This document shows positions 44,864-54,226 of a stretch of DNA of 64,000 bases, piece after piece (within the stretch, counting starts at the first letter, position 1; each line of letters opens with the position of its first letter). Under the pieces are notes generated by a model. It worked only from the letters and a program-made list of their open reading frames with translations, was not told where the DNA came from and searched no databases. Location of the stretch: NCBI GenBank assembly GCA_035479795.1, contig DATIII010000004.1, positions 15,668 to 79,667 of the forward strand. The letters run 5' to 3'. The translations under genes and the position numbers were made by a program. The stretch is from Candidatus Saccharimonadales bacterium (GTDB taxonomy: Bacteria > Patescibacteriota > Saccharimonadia > UBA4664 > SCTI01).

Positions 44864-46132
44864 GTGGAATACCTACGCGCTATTCGCCAGACCGACTTCG
44901 CCAAACTGTGGGTGGCGCAGATTGCCTCACAGGTAGCTGCCAACCTGCTGAATTTCGCCCTTATTATTGTCGTCTATGATCTGACCCAGCAGACTCGATT
45001 TGCCAGCTTTGCGGTGAGTTTACTGGTTCTGTCCTTCGCCATACCCTCGATCTTTGCGGCACCCTTGGCTGGCCAATATGTGGACTATTGGGATCGTAAA
45101 AAGATAATGGTGGCGGCCAATGCGTTGCGAGCGGTGCTAACGATCCTGTACTTGTTTGCCGCCCATAGCTTCTGGTTGATCCTGCTCCTGACCTTTGTCT
45201 CCGCCACCGTAACGCAATTCTTCCTGCCGGCCGAAGCCGCTACAATCCCGAAAGTTGTATCTCCACACAACCTGCTGGCAGCTAACTCGATGTTTGTGTT
45301 TAGTATGTACGCTGCCTTCATGGTGGGGTACTCGGCATCAGGTCCGGTGATTAGTTGGTTTGGGGAGAATGGACCCTTCTACACGGTGATTTTTCTCTAC
45401 GTAATTGCGACCATGCTGGTAACGCTAATTCCGAAGCAGAAGGTAGGGAATGAAGCCGCGGAACGCCCCAAGCTGCATTTGGTGCGACAGTTGAGACACA
45501 ATTGGCAGGTTATCTCAGAGCATCCTGATCGTTATTTTGCCCTAATGCAACTGGCGACCATTCAGGGGGTGGTATTTGTGCTTATAACGCTAGCTCCGGC
45601 GCTCAGCCAGTCGCTCTTGCATGTACCACTGCAGCAGGCCAGCCATGTTTTAATCATCCCCGTGGGCATAGGCATGGTTCTCGGTGTGCTGCTAGTCCAT
45701 TCGGTGGTACGGCAGATTAGCAAGCTGCGCGCTCTACAGGTTTCATTGGTTATATCGGCTGTGGCCTTGGTCTTTTTAGGGCTGACCGGCCAGCTCTACC
45801 GGGACTTTCATGGCAATCCGCTGGTGCCAGTTGCGCAGGTTGGCTTTATTGTGGCTAGCATTATGCTTATTCTCGGGGTGATGAATGCCATGATTAGTTC
45901 GCTGGCTCAAACTCTGCTCCAAGAAACTACTACCGATGAGAATCGTGGTAAGGTCTTTGGATCATTACAGATGATGATTAACCTGGCATCGACACTGCCA
46001 ATCATCTTCACCGGGATTCTGGCCGACCTGCTGAGCGTGACCAAAGTGATTGTCCTGATTGGCGTCCTGCTAGGCGCCTACGGCATTTATTCGATCACTC
46101 AGTATCGCAAGATCCAGCGCCGTTGGGCATAA
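44864..46132 (+). CDS. Major facilitator superfamily transporter
   Basis: 12 predicted TM helices; MFS-like loop G-x-Y-V-D-Y-W-D-R-K-K. Confidence 0.7.
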   Translation: MEYLRAIRQTDFAKLWVAQIASQVAANLLNFALIIVVYDLTQQTRFASFAVSLLVLSFAIPSIFAAPLAGQYVDYWDRKKIMVAANALRAVLTILYLFAAHSFWLILLLTFVSATVTQFFLPAEAATIPKVVSPHNLLAANSMFVFSMYAAFMVGYSASGPVISWFGENGPFYTVIFLYVIATMLVTLIPKQKVGNEAAERPKLHLVRQLRHNWQVISEHPDRYFALMQLATIQGVVFVLITLAPALSQSLLHVPLQQASHVLIIPVGIGMVLGVLLVHSVVRQISKLRALQVSLVISAVALVFLGLTGQLYRDFHGNPLVPVAQVGFIVASIMLILGVMNAMISSLAQTLLQETTTDENRGKVFGSLQMMINLASTLPIIFTGILADLLSVTKVIVLIGVLLGAYGIYSITQYRKIQRRWA

Positions 46133-46178
46133 AGTAAGGGCTTCAGTCAGGAGCCCTTACATCCGATTATTAAAGGTA

Positions 46179-46391
46179 CTAGTCTTCGTCTTGTTCAAAG
46201 CTGCCGATGTCTTCGCCAAAGCCGGCCTCGTAGCTAGTTTCCGGCTTATCACTGTCGGCAATGGCTGCACGATCGGCTTCCATCATATCCTCATTGAGCT
46301 CGACCTCACTCTGGTCCTTCTGATCCAGGGTTTCTCCAAAGCCCTTCATATCCTCTCTGGCGGCCAAATCTGACCAATCTTCCTGTGCCAT
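46179..46391 (-). CDS. Small highly acidic protein, hypothetical
   Basis: MAQEDWSDLAAREDMKGFGETLDQKDQSEVELNEDMMEADRAAIADSDKPETSYEAGFGEDIGSFEQDED. Confidence 0.4.
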   Translation of the reverse strand: MAQEDWSDLAAREDMKGFGETLDQKDQSEVELNEDMMEADRAAIADSDKPETSYEAGFGEDIGSFEQDED

Positions 46392-46879
46392 AATACCTCC
46401 AATTAATGCTTTGATTTTCACAACAAAGCCGGCAGCAACCTACCACCAAGATCGAAAAAATCTGTCATTGGCGGGCATGATTTTTTGTTAGTTCGGCGCA
46501 CCCTTATGCTTTATTTCTTATCTGTAAAATGGTATTCTTTCCAAGCTGCATCGAGTATACTTTCATGCAGTTTGGACTAGGGGCTGACAAGCTTCGACGA
46601 TTGGACTTTTACAACTCGCGCCAGCAAGCCGCAGCCATGCGTTAATTGCACCAATCAACAAATCAGAACTTTGTTGCTCGGGTAAAGAGTCTGTTTCAGG
46701 CTCCCACGCTCGTACCTGCTTACGCTTAAGTAAGCCATCGGTACCTGACTCCAGATGGGGGTTCACCGGTGTCATTTATCTGGATGCTGCCGGCGGGACG
46801 CCAGACCCGCGGGTTTAAGACAGTTGGCTGCTCTAGTCGTTATTTTGTTTGTTTCAAGACGACTAGCTAAGCTTTAAAA

Positions 46880-46993
46880 CGAACTAAGCTTGTAGAAGGA
46901 CGAGAGGTAACCATTCGGACCGGGGTGCAATTCCCCGCAGCTCCACCAAAAGGGCGCCAGTAGCAACTGGTGCTTTTTTGTTATGATGAAGCC
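46880..46993 (+). promoter_or_regulatory. Structured 5' leader with terminator-like hairpin directly upstream of the hydrolase gene (candidate riboswitch or attenuator)
   Basis: CGGGGtgcaattCCCCG hairpin, then GCGCCAGTagcaaACTGGTGCTTTTTT ending 25 nt before ATG 46994. Confidence 0.3.
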
Positions 46994-48013
46994 ATGAAAC
47001 GACAAGCGCTCGTCTGGGCCATGTTGATAGTCACGACGATTGCTGCCATGGGTGTATTTATGGAGGTACACGCTCCAAAGTCGAGCCAAAAAGCAGCTGT
47101 CGAGAAAGCTGAGCCAAAGGAGTTGGATCGGTTAACCATTGAGTCTATTCGAAATCGGACTTATACGCCTAGTTCTCTCGATGTCGAGCAGAATTTGGGT
47201 AACCAAGGAGGCTATAGCAATCAAATAGTTTCTTATACCTCCGATGGCCTGAAGATCTATGCATTGAAAAGCACGCCGGCCGGAACCGCTCCGGCAGGTG
47301 GCTGGCCGGTGATAATCTTTGACCATGGCTACATTTATCCGCCGGATTACCGCACTAATGACGGCTCGTACCAACAGTTCATCGCCGCCTTTGCGTGCGC
47401 CGGCTATATAGTTATAAAGCCAGATTACCGCGGGCATGGTCAGAGCCAAGGAGTGCCGGAAGGTGGCCATTTTTCGCCGGTCTATGCCTACGATAACCTG
47501 AATTTAATTGCCAGTCTCAAGCAGCAGCCCGATGTTAATGCGGCGCGGATTGGCCAGTTCGGCCACAGCCTGGGCGGGCATGTAGCCCTGCGCACGATCG
47601 TGGCGTCTAAAGATGTAAAGGCGACAGTATTGGCGGCCGGAGTGGTCGGCTCGTTCAATGATTTCTTCTATAACTGGCCGCACAGCCCCATGCCTTATGA
47701 TCGGCCGCAGATTGTCCAAAGTCTCAAGGCTCAGTATGTTGCGAAGTACGGCGAGCCCAAGGCTAATCCAAATTTCTGGAACAGCGTCACCTCGCTGAAC
47801 TACGTCAATTACATTAGCGGTGCAGTGCAGGTGGATCACGACGCCGGTGATTCAACAGTCCCAGCCTTGTTCTCGCAGCATTTAGTGTCGGCGTTGCAGA
47901 AGGCTGGCAAGACAGTGGAATACAATGAGTATCCCGGTGACGATCATCAGTTTAGCGCTAACCGCCAGCGCATTCTGGCCGATGCCCTGACTTTTTATCG
48001 CAAGTATCTTTAG
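46994..48013 (+). CDS. Secreted or membrane-anchored alpha/beta hydrolase (S9/dienelactone-hydrolase-like)
   Basis: N-terminal hydrophobic anchor; GHSLGG nucleophile elbow; C-terminal D...H. Confidence 0.65.
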   Translation: MKRQALVWAMLIVTTIAAMGVFMEVHAPKSSQKAAVEKAEPKELDRLTIESIRNRTYTPSSLDVEQNLGNQGGYSNQIVSYTSDGLKIYALKSTPAGTAPAGGWPVIIFDHGYIYPPDYRTNDGSYQQFIAAFACAGYIVIKPDYRGHGQSQGVPEGGHFSPVYAYDNLNLIASLKQQPDVNAARIGQFGHSLGGHVALRTIVASKDVKATVLAAGVVGSFNDFFYNWPHSPMPYDRPQIVQSLKAQYVAKYGEPKANPNFWNSVTSLNYVNYISGAVQVDHDAGDSTVPALFSQHLVSALQKAGKTVEYNEYPGDDHQFSANRQRILADALTFYRKYL

Positions 48014-48092
48014 AACGGGCAAGGCCCGGCTTATGCCAGGCCTCTAACAATCCCTGCCCTTCCTGCCGGCCTACTTGCCGGCGTCTCCGTTG

Positions 48093-48725
48093 CTAGCTGG
48101 CCGAGATGCCGCCGCGCAGCAGGATGTCCTGCATGGGCGTGGTGACCGGCGTTCCCATGGACGCAAAGCCGTAGGTCCGGAACAGCCGGATGGCCTTGCG
48201 GCTGTGGCGCTCGGCGCTCTCGAAGTCGTGCTCCAGCGCGTCGGCGGCCGTCAGCAGGGCGTAGACCGGAGCCAGGTCCTGCTGCCGACGGTTCTTGATG
48301 AAGATCTCCTTGGCCCGCTCGAGGCGCTCGAGGATCTTGTCCGTCTGGATGCCCTTCTTCGTAATGGCCATCTTGGCCCAGGTGATGACGGCGTCGGCCC
48401 AGGCCACGATCTGCTCGGGGTCCCTCTCGAGCGTGGTCAGGTCCTTCTCCAGCAGCGAGGCCGTCTGCTCGTACGAGACGGGCAGCTGGCTGCGCAGCAG
48501 GGTGGCCTGGTAGGTGGCGGTGCCGCGATCGATCTCGCCGAAGTCTGAGAACTGGCTCAGCCCCTCGAAGATCGCCAGCGCCACCTCCGGCTGGGCGATG
48601 TCCGGCTGAACGAACTGGACCGCTCGGTCCATGACGGTCAGCAGCTGGTCGCTCTGTACCTGCGTGGAGGGCATGTGTCTCCTTTGGTGTGGTGTGCGGG
48701 ATTGCACGGTTTCGTATGTTAGCAA
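48093..48725 (-). CDS. Hypothetical protein in GC-rich islet
   Basis: 210-aa ORF with balanced composition. The overlapping ORF 48031..48732 in another frame is Arg/Pro/Gly-rich and judged spurious. Confidence 0.45.
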   Translation of the reverse strand: MLTYETVQSRTPHQRRHMPSTQVQSDQLLTVMDRAVQFVQPDIAQPEVALAIFEGLSQFSDFGEIDRGTATYQATLLRSQLPVSYEQTASLLEKDLTTLERDPEQIVAWADAVITWAKMAITKKGIQTDKILERLERAKEIFIKNRRQQDLAPVYALLTAADALEHDFESAERHSRKAIRLFRTYGFASMGTPVTTPMQDILLRGGISAS

Positions 48726-48864
48726 AGCGCACCGGGCGCTAGCGACCGCGTCCCTGACAAATATTTACGATTATTTTCGGCTAAATTCGTGGGAATGAAA
48801 AAGCTTTCCTGTTATAAGCGAACGCCCCACCAGCCGGGCCAGCGGTTTGTTCGCTTGGTGTTGG

Positions 48865-49410
48865 TCAGTGGGGCAGTTTGGCGATGAAGCCGGGCAGCCG
48901 CTCCAGCAGTTCTTCGAGCGAAACTACTACTATGCCTGGGCTGCGTCGAACGGCGGATGCGGGCATGAGGTTGTACGGCAAACCATCTTCGCCGCAGGTT
49001 CGCAGGTCGTTGCGGTAGCCGATGACGGGGACGTTATGAGCGGCAGCCCAAACGACTTCGCAGACCGTACCGTTGTCTGGTGGTTCTCCGTCCAGGATGG
49101 CAATCAACATCTGCGCGTGGTCGCGGATGGTGTCATAGTGGTGGTCGCCCAGATCTAGCCACATCTCTGGCTGGTCGGTCTCGTCCGCCTCCTCAATACG
49201 AGAGACATCGACGCTCCATGGGTCCAGAATATGTACATGAGGCTCCAGGGCGGGGAGTAGTACATGGTCGTACCAGTACTTGGTCCCCTCAGCGAATCCG
49301 TTGGGATTGGCAATGTAGCAAGCCGGCTTATCAAGTTCCATTTCTATCCTTGTATTGGGGCTACAGGAACGCCAATATAATGTCGCTTTAGCAGACCCGC
49401 AACAAGTCAA
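48865..49410 (-). CDS. Nucleoside 2-deoxyribosyltransferase-like protein
   Basis: ACYIANPNGF...PDNGTVCEVVWAAAHNVPVIGY matches the NDT family (catalytic Glu in a DxGTxxExG context). Start may be 49341 (MELDK...). Confidence 0.6.
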   Translation of the reverse strand: MTCCGSAKATLYWRSCSPNTRIEMELDKPACYIANPNGFAEGTKYWYDHVLLPALEPHVHILDPWSVDVSRIEEADETDQPEMWLDLGDHHYDTIRDHAQMLIAILDGEPPDNGTVCEVVWAAAHNVPVIGYRNDLRTCGEDGLPYNLMPASAVRRSPGIVVVSLEELLERLPGFIAKLPH

Positions 49411-49952
49411 TTCTTTTTGATCAGGGCCGAAAGTTTGGCTACAAACTGCTGCTCGCGCCAGTAGCCTGGGTAGTCAATTAAGCCTTGGTTCACCACATTG
49501 ATCTTGGCTTCTTTGAGTGTCTCGGCTGCCATTTTATATGTCGTTGATTTGATCAAAATAATCTCCGTATCAGGTTCGGCAAGCTTATTTATTTTTACAA
49601 CAAGCTCTGGCAAACCAGCCTTGATAGCGGCGTGGCGTTCGCTGGTTTTGGTGCCGTGAGGCAATGATTGCTCCAGTGATTCGATTAGGTAGAATCCGTC
49701 GGCGGCAAAGCGTTCCAGCCATTTAACTTTGTCGCGGGCCAGTACCATCTCGGTGACCTCATGGGCTTCGGGGTAGATGGCGCGCATAGTATTCCAGAAC
49801 AGCCGGTCGTTTTCGGGGCGGCCGTCTTCATAAAAGTGCCGGGTACCTTTGTCCGATCCGCCGGCAGGAGGGGGCGACTCAGTCACCAGCAGCCATTTAA
49901 TATGCTTTGGCTTATATTTGGAACGTAACTTTTCGTAAGTGGCGTCGGCCAT
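49407..49952 (-). CDS. Hypothetical protein
   Basis: ATGA overlap with the NDT-like gene; start taken at MADATYEK (49952) to avoid the DUF2061 gene. Confidence 0.4.
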   Translation of the reverse strand: MADATYEKLRSKYKPKHIKWLLVTESPPPAGGSDKGTRHFYEDGRPENDRLFWNTMRAIYPEAHEVTEMVLARDKVKWLERFAADGFYLIESLEQSLPHGTKTSERHAAIKAGLPELVVKINKLAEPDTEIILIKSTTYKMAAETLKEAKINVVNQGLIDYPGYWREQQFVAKLSALIKKN

Positions 49953-49956
49953 AGGC

Positions 49957-50184
49957 CTATTGTACTTTCTGGCGCTTGGTTTTGCCCCAGTGGATCTGGT
50001 TCCAGACTCGTTCATGAAAATAATAGAGCGCGGCGCTCGCCAGGTTGGTGAGAACGATGATCGGCAGGGCGGTTTCAAGCCTGTGGGTGAATAGGAGGAT
50101 AATCGTTAAATCGGAACAGATGACGACCATCCGGAAGCTAAGAGACTTAACCAGTGATCGACTAGCGGCCTCATGGAAGGCCAC
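49957..50184 (-). CDS. DUF2061-family small membrane protein
   Basis: YYFHERVWNQIHWG motif characteristic of DUF2061. Confidence 0.55.
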   Translation of the reverse strand: MAFHEAASRSLVKSLSFRMVVICSDLTIILLFTHRLETALPIIVLTNLASAALYYFHERVWNQIHWGKTKRQKVQ

Positions 50185-51761
50185 TAGCTGGCCTCCAGCT
50201 GAATGATTTCCTCAACCGTCGTGATGCCAGCCAAAACTTTGTTTAGGCCGTCTTCCAGCAAAGTGGCCATGCCGTTTTTAACCGCCAAGGATTCAATGTC
50301 TTGAGCCGTGGTGCGATCGGGGGCCGTCATTAGCTTCTCGATATCCGGAGTAATGGCCATCATCTCAACTATGGCAATCCGGCCTTTATAGCCTAGGCCG
50401 TGGCATTCTTTACAGCCCTCACCTTTTTTAAGCTTTACGGTCTGCGGATTTATCTTGGGCTGTCGGTCAGGGGTGATTGTGGCCAAAGCCCGTTTTAAGA
50501 AGGCCTGCTCCTCTGCGGTGGCTGGTATTTCTTTGGCACAATTATCACAGATGCGGCGAGCTAGGCGCTGGGCAATAATCATCCGAATCGCAGATGGGAA
50601 TAGGGGGTTGGAGCCAATCATGTCCAGCATGCGGCTGATGGCCGTCGAAGCATTAGTGGCGTGGAAGGTAGAGAGCAAGAGGTGGCCGGTCAGGGCGGCC
50701 TGAAGAGCGGTTTTGGCAGTGTCGACGTCGCGAATTTCGCCGATCATGATGACATTCGGGTCTTCGCGCAGGACGGCCCGTAGCTTTTCAATAAACAGCT
50801 CCTTGTCATCACTTTTAACCGGTACTTGGCTAATGCCAGCGATGTCGTATTCTACCGGATCCTCTAGAGTAATGATCTTGGTCTCGGGATTATTTAGGCG
50901 ATTGATGATGGCGTATAGGGTCGAGGTCTTGCCCGAGCCGGTTGGGCCGACGGTTAGCATCATGCCGTTAGGGTGAGCGGTAACTTCGTCAATCCGCTGG
51001 ACCTGTGGCGGTGAGAATCCCATTTCTTCCAAGTGTAAGTTGCGGGTTTCGGCGTTAAATATCCGCACGACGATTTCTTCGCCGTGGAAGGAGGGAATGG
51101 TCTCAATCCGCATGTCCACCCGGCCAATTTCGGCGTGATTGTCCATAAGATCGTAGCTGATACGGCCAGTTTGGGGTTCATCTGAACCCCACTTTATCTC
51201 CGCCCGGGTCTGAAGATCGCTCAAGAATATCTTGTAGGCATCAGTCGCTACTTCGGTAATAGGGTGGAGAACGCCATCCAGCCGGAACCTGACCCGAGCC
51301 GAGTCGGTTTGGGGTTCGATGTGGATGTCGGAGGCCCCCAGCCAAAAGGCCAGTTGGGCAATTAAGCCAAAGGCGTCTTTAGGTGCGGCAATCTTAAGTT
51401 TGTTGCCAAAGGCCTTAAAGTCGCCGTCGCGTTCTGGTTGAAACTGGCGATAGTAAATATGATTGAGAATGTAATTGAAACCGCTCCGGGATATGGTTTT
51501 AAAGGTTAGTTGGGTATGGGCCACAGCCTGCTGCAGCTGGGGTAAGCGAGTTCGATCTGTCTGAGCTGTAATCCCCAGCTCGATGGCATGGTTGCCAGAC
51601 ACCTGCAGTGGCGCCACTTGGTATTCCCGAAGCTGCGCCAGGGACAATACGCCACCGGTGTCAGCCGCCTCCACGATATCAGTGGTGTCGGCGTAGGGGA
51701 TGCCGCTTTTGGTGGCTTCCGCCTGGGTTTTTAATTCTTCAACCGCCCTCGCATCACTCAT
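50184..51761 (-). CDS. Type II secretion/type IV pilus assembly ATPase (GspE/PilB family)
   Basis: Walker A VGPTGSGKTSTLYA, Asp box, His box, CxxC...CxxC tetracysteine. Confidence 0.85.
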   Translation of the reverse strand: MSDARAVEELKTQAEATKSGIPYADTTDIVEAADTGGVLSLAQLREYQVAPLQVSGNHAIELGITAQTDRTRLPQLQQAVAHTQLTFKTISRSGFNYILNHIYYRQFQPERDGDFKAFGNKLKIAAPKDAFGLIAQLAFWLGASDIHIEPQTDSARVRFRLDGVLHPITEVATDAYKIFLSDLQTRAEIKWGSDEPQTGRISYDLMDNHAEIGRVDMRIETIPSFHGEEIVVRIFNAETRNLHLEEMGFSPPQVQRIDEVTAHPNGMMLTVGPTGSGKTSTLYAIINRLNNPETKIITLEDPVEYDIAGISQVPVKSDDKELFIEKLRAVLREDPNVIMIGEIRDVDTAKTALQAALTGHLLLSTFHATNASTAISRMLDMIGSNPLFPSAIRMIIAQRLARRICDNCAKEIPATAEEQAFLKRALATITPDRQPKINPQTVKLKKGEGCKECHGLGYKGRIAIVEMMAITPDIEKLMTAPDRTTAQDIESLAVKNGMATLLEDGLNKVLAGITTVEEIIQLEAS

Positions 51762-51769
51762 TGCTTATA

Positions 51770-51890
51770 GAATATAGGATTCAGGATTCAGGATCCAGGA
51801 AAGAAGTGGCCAATCTAAGGAGACAGGATCTCGCATTGAGGATCAAAAGAGGGAATTTAAATCCTAGATCCTAAATCCTAGATCCTGTAA
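51770..51890. repeat. Inverted heptamer arrays (GGATTCA x3 ... AATCCTAGATCCT x2) in a divergent promoter region
   Basis: GAATATAGGATTCAGGATTCAGGATCCAGG ... GACAGGATCTCGCATTGAGGATC ... TTAAATCCTAGATCCTAAATCCTAGATCCTG. Confidence 0.8.
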
Positions 51891-51900
51891 TGTTTCTAGT

Positions 51901-53214
51901 GTGAACGACGAAATTATTATTCATCAGCACGAGCTTGATAAGCAGCCAGAGGTGAAGTCTCCCAGTCCGTGGCCCTCACGATTAAAGAAAATCGGAATTG
52001 CTCTGGCGATTATTCTGCTCGCGGCAGGCATTTTTGTCGTTATTAATTTATTTAAAGTGTCGGTTAACCCCTTTGGTTTCGGTCATCTTAAGGGAGAGTC
52101 GGACGGTCGGGTTAATATCCTGATGCTGGGGGTAGGTGATCCCGGCCATGCCGGCGAGAACCTGACCGACACCAATATTATCTTGAGTGTAAATACCAGG
52201 ACTCATCAGGTAGCGACGATTGGTGTGCCTCGCGATTTACGGGTCAGATTGCACGGCGACGGTTATGCCAAGGTTAATACGGCTTATTCCAGTGGCGGGA
52301 TCGATGGGGCTAAAAAGACCTTCGAAGACTCTTTTGGTTTGCCGATCCATTACTACGTAAAGGCCAACTTCACGGGCTTAAAAGAAGTTGTCGATGCTGT
52401 TGGGGGCGTGGACATCGACAATCAGTATGCTTTGAGCGATCCTGAGTATCCTTGTGACAAGAACGAGAACCGCAGCTGTGGGTTTCGGCTAACCGCCGGC
52501 CAGCATCATTTAGATGGAGCCACGGCTCTTAAATACGTCCGCTGCCGTAAAGGTACCTGTGGCGACGACTTTGGACGGGCGGAGCGGCAGCAGCAGGTGA
52601 TGCAGTCGATTCGCGATCACGCCACTTCGGCTGGTACGCTAGCCAATCCTCTTGCGCTGGGCCGCCTGGTAGCTGCGGCTGGCAGCAATATTAAAACCGA
52701 TTTGAGCATAAACAACCTGCAGCGGTTAAATGAACTGACCAAGGGTGGCGATGTTATTCGGGTAGTATTTAATCTTCAACCTGACGGCTTTCTCACTACA
52801 TCTGGATCCAGCGATCTTGTACCGGCTGGTGGTGACTTTGATGACATTCAGGAGTTTGTCAAAAATATATTTGTGGTTGGTCCAATCTGGAGCGAGCACC
52901 CGACAGTGATGATCGAAAACGGCACCACTACACCTGGTATTGGGGCTAAATTCCAGCAGAAGTTAAAGAGTGATGGTTATGATATCTCGGTTACGGCTGT
53001 GACAAATGCTTTGACCAAGGACTTCGCGACTTCCAAGATTATCGATTACACCAATGGCGCCAAAAACCACACCAAAGGCTACCTCTTGAATTTACTAGGG
53101 CTGAAGGAAGTCAGCGCGCCGGAAAAGCCAACCAAGTATCCGCCAGCCGACTTTGTGATAATCCTCGGATCGGATTACGCCGCTAGTTCTACAAGTACTA
53201 AATCAAACCAGTAG
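51901..53214 (+). CDS. LytR-CpsA-Psr (LCP) family cell-envelope phosphotransferase
   Basis: GTG start; N-terminal TM; NILMLGVGDPGHAGENLTDTNIILSVN...IGVPRD LCP core. Confidence 0.8.
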   Translation: MNDEIIIHQHELDKQPEVKSPSPWPSRLKKIGIALAIILLAAGIFVVINLFKVSVNPFGFGHLKGESDGRVNILMLGVGDPGHAGENLTDTNIILSVNTRTHQVATIGVPRDLRVRLHGDGYAKVNTAYSSGGIDGAKKTFEDSFGLPIHYYVKANFTGLKEVVDAVGGVDIDNQYALSDPEYPCDKNENRSCGFRLTAGQHHLDGATALKYVRCRKGTCGDDFGRAERQQQVMQSIRDHATSAGTLANPLALGRLVAAAGSNIKTDLSINNLQRLNELTKGGDVIRVVFNLQPDGFLTTSGSSDLVPAGGDFDDIQEFVKNIFVVGPIWSEHPTVMIENGTTTPGIGAKFQQKLKSDGYDISVTAVTNALTKDFATSKIIDYTNGAKNHTKGYLLNLLGLKEVSAPEKPTKYPPADFVIILGSDYAASSTSTKSNQ

Positions 53215-53276
53215 GCTTGCATGGCTAGATCTGTTCGCTAGACTGGTACTACGGTCCAAGCGACGACGGGAGAATA

Positions 53277-53825
53277 ATGTCTGAGGCACGCGAGATCGAG
53301 TACCTACGCGCCAGGCTTGAGGCGGCAGAGTCAAGGAGTGACCGATACCGCGCTGAGCGTGATCGTTATCGTACGGAGAGTCTGCACGATCCATTGACCA
53401 ACCTGTGGAACCGGCGAGCGTTCAAACTGGCCGAAATAGCTGCTCTGTCTATGGGCTTCGCCGTGGTACTGCTAGACGTCGATGATTTCAAGGAGGTTAA
53501 TGATGAGCTGGGCTACGCCGTCGGTGACGAGCTGCTCGTCCAAACGGCCCACCTGATTCGCCGCGAAGCCACTCGCCTGGGTTACCCCACTAGTTGTCGG
53601 ATAGGGGGCGACGAGTTTGCCGTCTACACCTCATCTCGCGATGCCAAGAAGCTGCTGTATCGAGTAATGACTATGGCGGTACGCGTCGAAGCGAGCGGCC
53701 GCAAGTTGTCTATCTCTGGCGGCAGCGGATTGACCGTTGAGTTCGCAAATCAAGACCTACGTATCAGCAAGCAGGCGGGCGATCTGCTGGGTCAGCAGCT
53801 TCGCCGCAAGGGTCTGGAGGCATAA
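53277..53825 (+). CDS. GGDEF-domain diguanylate cyclase (stand-alone, coiled-coil N-terminus)
   Basis: DPLTNLWNRRAF, VLLDVDDFKEVND and RIGGDEFAV motifs. Confidence 0.7.
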   Translation: MSEAREIEYLRARLEAAESRSDRYRAERDRYRTESLHDPLTNLWNRRAFKLAEIAALSMGFAVVLLDVDDFKEVNDELGYAVGDELLVQTAHLIRREATRLGYPTSCRIGGDEFAVYTSSRDAKKLLYRVMTMAVRVEASGRKLSISGGSGLTVEFANQDLRISKQAGDLLGQQLRRKGLEA

Positions 53826-53863
53826 GACGCCTCCAGACCCATTAAGTTTGGTATCATATCTGT

Positions 53864-54226
53864 ATGGCAGCTTTAGCGCTATTGAGGTGGTGGTACAGTG
53901 AGGGTTTGGTCGCACTTATCAACCGGTTACGGCAATATTTAGTCGATATTGCTCAAAGTTTTTCGGTACCGATTCTGCTGGGCACCTTATTCGCACCATG
54001 GCGGCAGGTAGTCAGCTATAACCATCAATCAGCCGCCGACAGCCTCAGATCAATGTTGGATAATGCCGTTTCACGGTTTGTTGGGTTCTGGGTACGGCTG
54101 CTGACTTTGCTGGCAGCCTGCATTATATTGGTGTTCACGGCTCTAGGCGGGCTAATATTGTTGATTTCCTGGCCACTTTTACCGTTGGCGGCCGTGGCGC
54201 TTCTAGTCGCGGGTCTGCTGCCATGA
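53864..54226 (+). CDS. Small membrane protein, hypothetical
   Basis: Three hydrophobic helices; ATGA overlap with the downstream ATPase. Confidence 0.45.
   Translation: MAALALLRWWYSEGLVALINRLRQYLVDIAQSFSVPILLGTLFAPWRQVVSYNHQSAADSLRSMLDNAVSRFVGFWVRLLTLLAACIILVFTALGGLILLISWPLLPLAAVALLVAGLLP

Noticed and set aside
48031-48732. 233-aa ORF in another frame over the GC-rich islet.
   Set aside because: Extreme Arg/Pro/Gly/Ala composition; the overlapping 48093..48725 frame has protein-like composition.
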